From contig OZ240241.1 of assembly GCA_965198115.1 (NCBI GenBank), forward strand, positions 6,080,001 through 6,144,000: 64,000 nucleotides of DNA. Direction: 5' to 3'. The notes below the pieces were generated by a model. The model was not told where the DNA came from. It did no database searches and saw only the letters and a program-made list of their open reading frames with translations. Source of the DNA: Candidatus Latescibacterota bacterium. Its GTDB lineage: Bacteria; Latescibacterota; UBA2968. This document shows positions 9,638-18,826 of this stretch, piece by piece. A program made the translations under genes and the position numbers. The first letter of the stretch is position 1. Every line of letters begins with the position of its first letter.

Positions 9638-10931
9638 GGGTTTGCCACGAAATAAGTGCTGCACTTTTCAAGGTAATGATCTTACGCTCGGAGTGTGGAC
9701 GTCGAAACTCTCCGAACGAAGTATGAAGCCTTGGCTCCGGTGCTGACGGAACGCACGCGTCGTCTGTGGGCCGCCACGGAAGCCGAAGCGTTGGGTCACG
9801 GTGGGATCGCGATTGTGGCTCTGGCGACAGGAATGTCCAGAGAGCGGATCTTTCGTGGCATTCAGGAGTTGAGGTCGGACGAACCTTTGGACCCGGCTCG
9901 CATCCGGCGTCCAGGCGGCGGTCGTAAGCGGAAGGCCGACACGGACCCGACGCTGTGGCAGGACCTGAATGATCTGGTCGAGCCAACGACTGCGGGGTCG
10001 CCTGACGACAATCCTCTGAGATGGACATCGAAGAGCACTCGCAAACTGGCCGCCGAGTTGCAAGCGATGGGGCATTCGGTGAGCCCCAGGATCGTTGCCA
10101 ATCTCCTGCACGAACACGATTACACGCTGCAGGCGAATCGGAAGACAAGGGAGGGATCTGCACACCCGGATCGGGACGCTCAGTTCGTTTACCTCGATGA
10201 TCGGATTAGCCAGCAGCAGCAGCAGGGCCTTCCCGTTATCTCGGTGGACACCAAGAAGAAAGAGTTGATCGGCGACTTCAAGAATCCTGGCCGAGAATGG
10301 CGACCCAAGGGAGACCCGGAGCGTGTGAAGGTACACGATTTCATAGTGCCTGCTCAGGGCAAGGCGATCCCTTATGGAGTGTATGATCTGAGCCGTGATG
10401 AAGGCTGGGTAAGTGTCGGTATCGATCACGACACGGCCAGCTTCGCCGTGAATGCGATCCGAAGTTGGTGGAAGAACATGGGACGGCCCGCCTACGGCAC
10501 TTCGACGCATCTGCTAATCACGGCGGACGCAGGCGGCAGCAACGGCGCCAAGACGCGGCTGTGGAAGTGGGAGCTGCAGCGCTTTGCGAATCGCACTGGC
10601 CTGACGATCACCGTATGCCACTACCCTCCTGGCACTAGTAAGTGGAACAAGATCGAACATCGCCTGTTCTCCTTCATCGCTATGAACTGGGCGAGGCAAG
10701 CCCCTGGTCAGCCTGGCTGCAACCGTGAATCTCATTGCCGGAACGACCACTCAAGCCGGTCTCCGAGTACGCTCCGAGATCGACAAGCGACCCTACCCTA
10801 ACGGGGTCAAGGTGACCGATGAACAGATGACCCAAATCGATCTCACTCCGCACGATTTCCACGGCGACTGGAACTACACGATCCGGCCAATGGCTCAACA
10901 TTGAGATCGACCGTTTATTTATTCCGAACCC
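9638..10931 (+). mobile_element. ISAzo13-family IS, copy A (intergenic)
   Basis: Ends GGGTTTGCCACGAAATAA / TTATTTATTCCGAACCC, flanked by TA. Near-identical to the copy at 14424-16341. Confidence 0.9.
9695..10904 (+). CDS. ISAzo13 transposase (extra G near 10690, probably a sequencing error)
   Basis: ISVDTKKKE, ADAGGSNG, HYPPGTSKWNKIEHRLF; copy B is intact. Confidence 0.85.
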
Positions 10932-10977
10932 TAATTTCCCAATTTCCTAATAGTCCTTCTCCTCGCATCTTTCAGCC

Positions 10978-13671
10978 GTGGCACGCATCCTCGACATTCG
11001 AGCCGGGGAACTCGGCAGACTGATCCCGCTTACCCTGGCCTACGGCTTCGTCCTGGCCTCGATCTACGTCCTGAAGCCCGTTCGCAACACCCTCTTTCTC
11101 GATCGAATCGGGATCGAGCAGCTCCCGTATGTGCTCATCCTCGTGGCAATCGTGGGCGGCATTTCCGCAACCCTCTACACCCGCCTGACCGATCGTATTC
11201 GGATCGATCGCCTGATTCTGGGCACGTTTCTATTCCTCGCGACCAACCTCCTCCTGTTCCAATGGCTCTTTTCTTTCAACCACCCATCGATCTACTACAT
11301 CTTCTACGTCTGGGTCAACCTCTACGGCCTGCTCGTCGTCTCGCTGCTCTGGCTCCAGGCGAACGCCTTGTTCAACCCCCGCGAAGCCCGCAGGCTGTTC
11401 GGACTCATCGGAACCGGAGGAATCGGCGGGGCGATTCTCGGTGGCGTCTTCACGCGCTGGGCGGCCGACAACGTCGGCACAGAAAACCTGACGTTCGTCT
11501 GCGCGGGAATCCTGGTCCTCTGCGCAGGACTCGTTCGGGTCGGGGGCCGGGCCGACGGTGACGCGTCGCCCCCCCGACGCGACGACGAGATCGGCGAAAG
11601 CGCCTTCGGGATCATCTGTCGGGTCGGGCTCCTCAAGCGGATCGCCACCATCGCGGCCATCACCGCCGTCGTCGCTGCCGTCGTCGACGTCCAGTTCAAC
11701 GAAGCCGTCAGCCGAGCCTACCCCTCGAGCGATCAGAAAACGGCGTTCTTCGGCGAGTTCTTCGCGTATCTCAACGGGTTCGCATTCCTGTTTCAGCTTC
11801 TCATCACACCGCTCGTCCTGCGCACCGTCGGTGTGGGACCCGCCTTGTGTGTCCTGCCCATCGCGACGGCTCTCGGGTCAGGCGCGATCCTGCTCCTTGG
11901 CGGAATCGTCGGCGGAATCGCCGTAAAAGTCGGCGACATCGGTTTCAGACACTCCATCCACAAGTCCGCGATGGAGATCCTCTATCTCCCGATCCCGCCC
12001 GGTATCAAAAACCGCGCAAAAGTGCTGCTCGACACCACCATCGACAACCTCGCAACCGGCGTCGGCGCGATCTTCGTGCTCGTCCTCACGACCGTCTTCG
12101 GCGTGGCTTACGGCGATCTCGCCTACCTGACGGTCGGTCTCGTAGTCCTCTGCATCGGCGTCCTCGTGAGTACACGCCGGGCCTACGTCGATGCCTTCCG
12201 ACGTGGGTTGGAACGCCGCGAAATCGATGCGGACGCGTTTCGCAGCGACTTCAGCGAATCTTCGATCGACGAGACCCTCAACAACGCGTTGCAGTCACCG
12301 CAGGAGCGGCAGCTCCTCTACGCCATCGACATGATCGGACTGATGGGGGCCCAGCGATGGAGGCCTGCCATCCAACCCCTGATCGACAACCCACATCCCG
12401 CCGTACGGGCGGCCGTACTCCGAACACTGACCGAGATCCCGGCCAGATTGCCCGACGACATCGTCGATCGTCTGGTCGAGGATGACGACTTCGACGTCCG
12501 GGTCGAAGCAATCCGCCAGCGGGTCGCCGACAACACGGACGCCCTCTCCATCCTCCTCTCACACGGCAGGACGGATCTGAAAGTCTCGGCACTGGCCTAC
12601 GTTTCCCGCTACGGGTCAGGTCGGGAAACGGATCTCGTAGACGCCCGCCTGATCGAAGAACTCATCGGCCACGGCGAAATGGCACGTGTGCAGGTGGCCC
12701 AGGCCCTCGGCCGGATCGATCGGCCCGACCTCCTCCCATATCTCGATGCTCTGAAGGACGACGCCCTGCCAGATGTCTTCGAGGCGGCCACCCGATCCCT
12801 CGGTCTCCTCAGGCAAGACGCGCAGATTCCGTGGCTCATCGAAAAGCTGGGCGACGGCCGCTACAGAGCGGCTGCCCGCGACGCCCTGATCGATTTTGGT
12901 GACGATGCGCTCGACCCCCTCGTTCGGGTCCTCAAAGATGCGACCCATGAGCTGCGGCAAAGACAGTCAGCGGCACGCACACTCGGATGCATCCCATCGG
13001 CACGAGCCGTCAGAGGTCTGATCGAAACGCTTTCCGAAGCGGTCGAATCCGATCTTGCGTACGAAGCCATCAAATCTCTCAACAAACTCCGCGAGGCGGG
13101 GACCCACACCGACGTGGAGACGGAGTTCCTCGACCGCAGACTCACGGTGCAAATCGAGCAGTTCTACGAGAGACGCCACGCACGCCACCTTCTCGAAACA
13201 TCGCCCGATACACCGGCATTTTCGTTGCTGAAGCAGACCCTTTTGGAGAAATCAGACCGAACGCTCGAATTCGCATTCCGCCTTTTGGGGTTGCAGTATC
13301 AGCCACGCGATGTGTACAATGCCTACCTGGGTGTGACGGGTCCAGATCGCCGCGTTCGGGCCAGCGCGATCGAATTTCTCGACAACATCCTGCATCGTCG
13401 TCATACCGAACTCATCGTGCCGTGCCTCGATCCTCAGTCGATCGATGATCTGATCGTCTTCGGTGCCGGACGGTTCGGCCAGAAATTCTGGACGGTCGAC
13501 GACGTCGTTTCCTATTTTATACAGCAGAACGACACCTGGTTGCGCGTCTGTGCCGTTCACTGTGTCAAGGACCTTGGAGTTCCCTATCTTCGGAACCTCG
13601 TTGAGAACCGCCGAAACGACGCCTCCTCTCTCGTCGTCGAAACGGCGAAATGGGTCCTTCATCAGTCGTAG
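10978..13671 (+). CDS. NTT-family nucleotide transporter fused to C-terminal HEAT repeats
   Basis: N-terminal ~400 aa with about 12 TM helices, YVLKPVRNTLF, FNPREARRLFG and RAKVLLD; C-terminal HEAT-like repeats (VRAAVLRTL, RQSAARTLG, RASAIEFLDN). Confidence 0.88.
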   Translation: MARILDIRAGELGRLIPLTLAYGFVLASIYVLKPVRNTLFLDRIGIEQLPYVLILVAIVGGISATLYTRLTDRIRIDRLILGTFLFLATNLLLFQWLFSFNHPSIYYIFYVWVNLYGLLVVSLLWLQANALFNPREARRLFGLIGTGGIGGAILGGVFTRWAADNVGTENLTFVCAGILVLCAGLVRVGGRADGDASPPRRDDEIGESAFGIICRVGLLKRIATIAAITAVVAAVVDVQFNEAVSRAYPSSDQKTAFFGEFFAYLNGFAFLFQLLITPLVLRTVGVGPALCVLPIATALGSGAILLLGGIVGGIAVKVGDIGFRHSIHKSAMEILYLPIPPGIKNRAKVLLDTTIDNLATGVGAIFVLVLTTVFGVAYGDLAYLTVGLVVLCIGVLVSTRRAYVDAFRRGLERREIDADAFRSDFSESSIDETLNNALQSPQERQLLYAIDMIGLMGAQRWRPAIQPLIDNPHPAVRAAVLRTLTEIPARLPDDIVDRLVEDDDFDVRVEAIRQRVADNTDALSILLSHGRTDLKVSALAYVSRYGSGRETDLVDARLIEELIGHGEMARVQVAQALGRIDRPDLLPYLDALKDDALPDVFEAATRSLGLLRQDAQIPWLIEKLGDGRYRAAARDALIDFGDDALDPLVRVLKDATHELRQRQSAARTLGCIPSARAVRGLIETLSEAVESDLAYEAIKSLNKLREAGTHTDVETEFLDRRLTVQIEQFYERRHARHLLETSPDTPAFSLLKQTLLEKSDRTLEFAFRLLGLQYQPRDVYNAYLGVTGPDRRVRASAIEFLDNILHRRHTELIVPCLDPQSIDDLIVFGAGRFGQKFWTVDDVVSYFIQQNDTWLRVCAVHCVKDLGVPYLRNLVENRRNDASSLVVETAKWVLHQS

Positions 13672-13704
13672 GGCACCCGGCCAGACGGGACACGACGGCC
13701 CCAT

Positions 13705-14126
13705 ATGCTGACCGTCGTCGAAAAGGTCATCTCGCTTCAGAGCGTCGATATCTTCTCGGAAGTTTCAACCGAGCAACTTTCGCACCTCGCCCTGATTGCG
13801 AACGAAGTGAATTACGAGGCCGAGGCGGTCATCTTCGAGGAGGCCGATCCTTCGGACTCGCTCTACCTCGTACTCGACGGTCGGGTTCGCTTGCACCGTC
13901 AAGAGCTCGACGTGACCGTCGCAGCCGCGAACGGCGTCTTCGGAACGTGGGCACTCTTTGACGACGAACCCGGGTGGTCACGGCCACCACGCTCGAATCG
14001 ACGACCGTCCTCCGCATCGACAAGGAGAATTTCGTCGACCTGTTGGCTGACCACGTTCAGATCACGCAGGGTGTGCTCAAGGCGCTCGTCAACCGACTGC
14101 GCACACTCGTCGGACGCGTCTCCTGA
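13705..14126 (+). CDS. Stand-alone cyclic-nucleotide-binding domain protein (frameshift near 13968)
   Basis: LTVVEKVISLQSVDIF, SLYLVLDGRV, FGTWAL. Adding one C in a C-run gives EPRVVTA...LLADH...VS* ending at 14126. Confidence 0.82.
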
Positions 14127-14441
14127 TCGGGTTTTTCCTTCCGTTTCCGAATAACTAACGAAGGCACGCCACGATGGTAGAAAAAGGACAGCTGGTCATC
14201 GTCGATGACGAGGAAATGGTGCTCACGAGCATCAATTCCTTCCTCATGCTCGAGACGGAATACGATGTCTCGACCTTTACGTCGGCCAAAGAAGCGATCA
14301 CCTTCATCGAACAGAACGATGTCGACCTCGTCATATCCGACTACCTCATGCCAGAAATGGACGGTATCTCCTTTCTCGCAACGGTCCGAGACATCAAACC
14401 CGAGATCCCTCGCATCATCCTAAGGGTTCGCGAATAAATAA

Positions 14442-15057
14442 GGCTATATCCGGATCTCTCAACGAGATGAAGTGGGTGAAGGTGCCGTGGTTCCTGGCAT
14501 GGGGGCGCGGTTAGAGTGTGCGGAACCTCTTCGGAATCTGCTCAGGGATGTTTATGTCTCCGACGGTAAGGAAGATCATATCGTTGAATGCGTCGAGTGT
14601 GCGGAATCCGCTGGCTCGGTTCTTGACGATTTGGACGATTCGGTTGAGGCCTTCGGCGATGGCGTTGGTAAGACGCGTGTTCACGAATGCGAGGACGCCG
14701 AAGAAGTGCTGTCGCAGGGTCCTGACGAACTTTCGCAGGGGTTCAAGTCGACTTCTGAGTGCGGACGTCGTCCAGCATTTCAGGAAGCGTTCGGCAGCCC
14801 AGGGCGCTTTGTATTCCCAGAACTGCTCGAACTCGTCCTTGAGTCTCCAGGCTCTATAGATTCGGTAGTTCGCCTCCTCAAACCACCAGCTGACAACACG
14901 GAACCCCTTGAATCTCAGCAGTTTCGATAGTAATCTGCTCCCGGTCATAGGTCGCACCCCCTTCGCTTTGATTGTCCTACACACACAACCAAGCGTAGGG
15001 AACGATCTATGACCTTGTCATTCTATAGTTTCACCGTTGAGAAACCCGGATAGAGCC
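14442..15057 (-). mobile_element. Internally deleted ISL3 derivative (616 bp, non-autonomous)
   Basis: Both ISL3 IRs present; 8-bp TSD ATAAATAA; about 800 bp of the transposase deleted near 14875. Confidence 0.92.
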
Positions 15058-15075
15058 ATAAATAAACGGTCGATC

Positions 15076-16284
15076 TCAATGTTGAGCCATTGGCCGGATC
15101 GTGTAGTTCCAGTCGCCGTGGAAATCGTGCGGAGTGAGATCGATTTGGGTCATCTGTTCATCGGTCACCTTGACCCCGTTAGGGTAGGGTCGCTTGTCGA
15201 TCTCGGAGCGTACTCGGAGACCGGCTTGAGTGGTCGTTCCGGCAATGAGATTCACGGTTGCAGCCAGGCTGACCAGGGGCTTGCCTCGCCAGTTCATAGC
15301 GATGAAGGAGAACAGGCGATGTTCGATCTTGTTCCACTTACTAGTGCCAGGAGGGTAGTGGCATACGGTGATCGTCAGGCCAGTGCGATTCGCAAAGCGC
15401 TGCAGCTCCCACTTCCACAGCCGCGTCTTGGCGCCGTTGCTGCCGCCTGCGTCCGCCGTGATTAGCAGATGCGTCGAAGTGCCGTAGGCGGGCCGTCCCA
15501 TGTTCTTCCACCAACTTCGGATCGCATTCACGGCGAAGCTGGCCGTGTCGTGATCGATACCGACACTTACCCAGCCTTCATCACGGCTCAGATCATACAC
15601 TCCATAAGGGATCGCCTTGCCCTGAGCAGGCACTATGAAATCGTGTACCTTCACACGCTCCGGGTCTCCCTTGGGTCGCCATTCTCGGCCAGGATTCTTG
15701 AAGTCGCCGATCAACTCTTTCTTCTTGGTGTCCACCGAGATAACGGGAAGGCCCTGCTGCTGCTGCTGGCTAATCCGATCATCGAGGTAAACGAACTGAG
15801 CGTCCCGATCCGGGTGTGCAGATCCCTCCCTTGTCTTCCGATTCGCCTGCAGCGTGTAATCGTGTTCGTGCAGGAGATTGGCAACGATCCTGGGGCTCAC
15901 CGAATGCCCCATCGCTTGCAACTCGGCGGCCAGTTTGCGAGTGCTCTTCGATGTCCATCTCAGAGGATTGTCGTCAGGCGACCCCGCAGTCGTTGGCTCG
16001 ACCAGATCATTCAGGTCCTGCCACAGCGTCGGGTCCGTGTCGGCCTTCCGCTTACGACCGCCGCCTGGACGCCGGATGCGAGCCGGGTCCAAAGGTTCGT
16101 CCGACCTCAACTCCTGAATGCCACGAAAGATCCGCTCTCTGGACATTCCTGTCGCCAGAGCCACAATCGCGATCCCACCGTGACCCAACGCTTCGGCTTC
16201 CGTGGCGGCCCACAGACGACGCGTGCGTTCCGTCAGCACCGGAGCCAAGGCTTCATACTTCGTTCGGAGAGTTTCGACGTCCAC
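15076..16284 (-). CDS. ISAzo13 transposase, intact
   Basis: 402 aa with family motifs ISVDTKKKE, SKWNKIEHRLF and HGDWNY. Confidence 0.92.
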   Translation of the reverse strand: MDVETLRTKYEALAPVLTERTRRLWAATEAEALGHGGIAIVALATGMSRERIFRGIQELRSDEPLDPARIRRPGGGRKRKADTDPTLWQDLNDLVEPTTAGSPDDNPLRWTSKSTRKLAAELQAMGHSVSPRIVANLLHEHDYTLQANRKTREGSAHPDRDAQFVYLDDRISQQQQQGLPVISVDTKKKELIGDFKNPGREWRPKGDPERVKVHDFIVPAQGKAIPYGVYDLSRDEGWVSVGIDHDTASFAVNAIRSWWKNMGRPAYGTSTHLLITADAGGSNGAKTRLWKWELQRFANRTGLTITVCHYPPGTSKWNKIEHRLFSFIAMNWRGKPLVSLAATVNLIAGTTTQAGLRVRSEIDKRPYPNGVKVTDEQMTQIDLTPHDFHGDWNYTIRPMAQH

Positions 16285-16582
16285 ACTCCGAGCGTAAGAT
16301 CATTACCTTGAAAAGTGCAGCACTTATTTCGTGGCAAACCCTAACAGGCTATGCCGACAAAGAAAACGCCATCAAGGCCATCAACGAAGTCGGCCTGTTC
16401 CAATACATAGAAAAACCCTGGGACAACAACGACCTGCGCATCATTATCCGCAACGGTCTGGAAAAGAAGCTTCTCATGCAGCAACTGCAGGGGAAGATCG
16501 AGCAAATCAACAAAGCCTACTCCGAACTCCAGTCGATTCAGCAAGAAGTCCTCAAGACCTTCGTCTAGCGAAGGCTCCACCT

Positions 16583-18826
16583 TTGGTCTTCTCCGAGTAC
16601 GACCGCCCAGGGAAGTCAAACCTTTCTCCCTCGCGTCGTTTCCTCCCTTTCGCGGTTCTCGTCTTCCTCATCGCGAATTCCTTCGGTGGGGGGTTCGACG
16701 CCTCCGCCCAAACCGCCCTCTCCACTCACCTGATTACCGACGGACGCCAGACTGCGCTTCTTCCGGGCTACAAGCTCAGGGATGGGTGGCGTTGGTCGGG
16801 TCGGTACTCATCGGGTTGGACAGAACGTGACTTCGACGATTCGGCCTGGCAACCGATCGACGCCCCGTTTCCGCAGAAATCCGGCATTCTTCCATCAGAA
16901 GGTTGGATGGGGGTGGGCTGGTTTCGACGTGAGCTCTTGCTCGCGGGTGATCTGCAACAAATTCATCTGGCGTTCCTCGTCTCCTGCATCGGAGCGGCCG
17001 ATGTCTACGTCGACGGGGAGCCCCTTGCATCGCTCGGCAAGGTCGGCAGCCGACCCGAGGAAGAAACACCCATCCTCTCGACCGACGCGAGCCCTCACGT
17101 CATTCCGTTCGATCCCGCCGGCCGATCTCGGTTCGTCATCGCCGTTCATCATTCAAACCACGTCGATCGGCAACGTCCCGGACTGGACTATGACCACGGT
17201 TTCGATATCGACATTGCACCATTCACGTCGATCACAAGGAACCTGGAAGACCTCGTTCGTCATCGGACCGTTCACTCTGTCTTCTTCACGGGTGTGGCGG
17301 CAACGGTATCACTTCTCCATCTACTGCTCTTCGCCTTTTACCCGGCCGCACGCGAGAACCTCTATTACGCCCTGTTCACGTTCGGCGTTGCGCTGGCCGC
17401 GATTCTACCTGCACAGATCTACGTTTTTACGACCGACCTTCAAATCTTCACCGTGCTCGACCTTTTGTGGAAGACGACGCTCGCTGCGTTGACACCTCTC
17501 TTACTACGTTTTCTTTACGCGGTCTTCGGCATCCAGCCTCCCTCTTACTACCGATGGTTCCTTCGAATATCGGCGATCTTGATTCTCCTCAGCTACCGTC
17601 TGCCGCTCGATGTTTACTACATCCTCGTGCTCATCGGGTTCTCGGAGACACTCCGGATCACGATCAGCGCCATATACCATAGGAAAGACGGTGCCATCAT
17701 CATCGGAGCCGGAATCGGAGCGGTCGTGGTCACATCCGGACACGTCATCCTTACCGAGCTCGGAATCGTCCAATTCTTCTTTCCCTTCGCTTATCTGTAT
17801 GGGTTCACGGTCATGATCTTCGCCATGTCTCTTCATCTCGCGAGAGACTTCACGAGACTCCAGGCTCAGCTGCATCATCGCGTAGATGAGGTGGGAAATC
17901 TTTCGAACCGTCGGATCGAACAGGAAAGGCAACTCGCGGAGAGGGCGCGTCGACAGCAGGAAGAGGAGACCCGCAAGCAGTTGCTCGAAGCGGACAACGC
18001 GCACAAACTGAACGAGCTCGAGGAGGCCAAGCGCCGCCGAGAGATACTCGAGGAGCTCGAACGCACGACGCAACAGCTACAGGAAACGCACGACCAGCTG
18101 ATCCAATCCGAGAAGATGGCCGGACTCGGAACATTGGTCGCAGGAATCGCTCACGAGATCAACACGCCCGTCGGGGCCATCAACAGCATGCACGACACCC
18201 TGACTCGAGCGGTCGATCGACTGAAGTCCGATCTGGATCAGCTCGACGACTCCGAAATCCAGAGAGCGCTCGACGTCATCGACGGTGCGAATTCCGTCAT
18301 TGCTACCGGCACGTCACGTGTCACGGAGATCGTCCGCAGCCTCCGCAGCTTCGCACGGATGGATGATGCCGACACGAGGGAAGCCGACCTCAACGAAGGA
18401 ATCGACAGCACGCTCCCGCTCATCCAGCACCAGCTTCGGTCAGGGATCGAGATTGTCAAGCACTACGGGATCATCCCACCCGTGCTTTGCTACCCAAGCC
18501 GACTCAACCAGGTCTTTTTGAACATTCTCATCAACGCCGCTCAGGCCATCGACGGCGAAGGCACCATCACGGTTCGAACGTTCGAACGGGACGGTCGAGT
18601 CGTCGTCGAATTCGTGGATACCGGTGAAGGCATCGACGCTGAAAACCTCGATCGGGTCTTCGATCCAGGCTACACGACGAAAGGGGTCGGGGTCGGAACG
18701 GGACTGGGTCTCTCGATATGCTATCAGATCGTGAACGATCACGACGGCGACATCCACATCGACAGTCAACCCGGCGAGGGTACGACCGTTACTGTTTCAA
18801 TCCCCGTCCAGATGAGGGCCACGTGA
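16583..18826 (+). CDS. Sensor histidine kinase (sugar-binding-like periplasmic domain, 7TM, coiled coil, HisKA, HATPase)
   Basis: FDDSAW/GWFRR jelly-roll-like motifs, about 7 TM helices, AHEINTP, NILINA, DTGEG, GTGLGL. Start position uncertain. Confidence 0.85.
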   Translation: MVFSEYDRPGKSNLSPSRRFLPFAVLVFLIANSFGGGFDASAQTALSTHLITDGRQTALLPGYKLRDGWRWSGRYSSGWTERDFDDSAWQPIDAPFPQKSGILPSEGWMGVGWFRRELLLAGDLQQIHLAFLVSCIGAADVYVDGEPLASLGKVGSRPEEETPILSTDASPHVIPFDPAGRSRFVIAVHHSNHVDRQRPGLDYDHGFDIDIAPFTSITRNLEDLVRHRTVHSVFFTGVAATVSLLHLLLFAFYPAARENLYYALFTFGVALAAILPAQIYVFTTDLQIFTVLDLLWKTTLAALTPLLLRFLYAVFGIQPPSYYRWFLRISAILILLSYRLPLDVYYILVLIGFSETLRITISAIYHRKDGAIIIGAGIGAVVVTSGHVILTELGIVQFFFPFAYLYGFTVMIFAMSLHLARDFTRLQAQLHHRVDEVGNLSNRRIEQERQLAERARRQQEEETRKQLLEADNAHKLNELEEAKRRREILEELERTTQQLQETHDQLIQSEKMAGLGTLVAGIAHEINTPVGAINSMHDTLTRAVDRLKSDLDQLDDSEIQRALDVIDGANSVIATGTSRVTEIVRSLRSFARMDDADTREADLNEGIDSTLPLIQHQLRSGIEIVKHYGIIPPVLCYPSRLNQVFLNILINAAQAIDGEGTITVRTFERDGRVVVEFVDTGEGIDAENLDRVFDPGYTTKGVGVGTGLGLSICYQIVNDHDGDIHIDSQPGEGTTVTVSIPVQMRAT

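Larger units (their letters stand above)
14424..16341 (-). mobile_element. ISAzo13-family IS, copy B, carrying a nested mini-ISL3
   Basis: Terminal IRs; 3-bp TSD TAA at 14421-14423 and 16342-16344. Confidence 0.92.
14174..16568 (+). pseudogene. Response regulator (receiver plus coiled coil) split by ISAzo13
   Basis: IVDDE, ISDYLMPEMDG, RIIL|TGYAD...YIEKPW. The halves 14174-14423 and 16345-16568 rejoin in frame across a TAA duplication. Confidence 0.9.

Noticed and set aside
9638-16341. Inversion or composite transposon between the inverted ISAzo13 copies
   Set aside because: Copy B has a matching TAA TSD within a colinear response regulator, and the flanking genes keep their orientation.
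16331-16582. N-terminal extension of the 831-aa kinase ORF, and the 15816-16568 ORF
   Set aside because: Both start inside the IS end. The real content is the C-terminal half of the response regulator.
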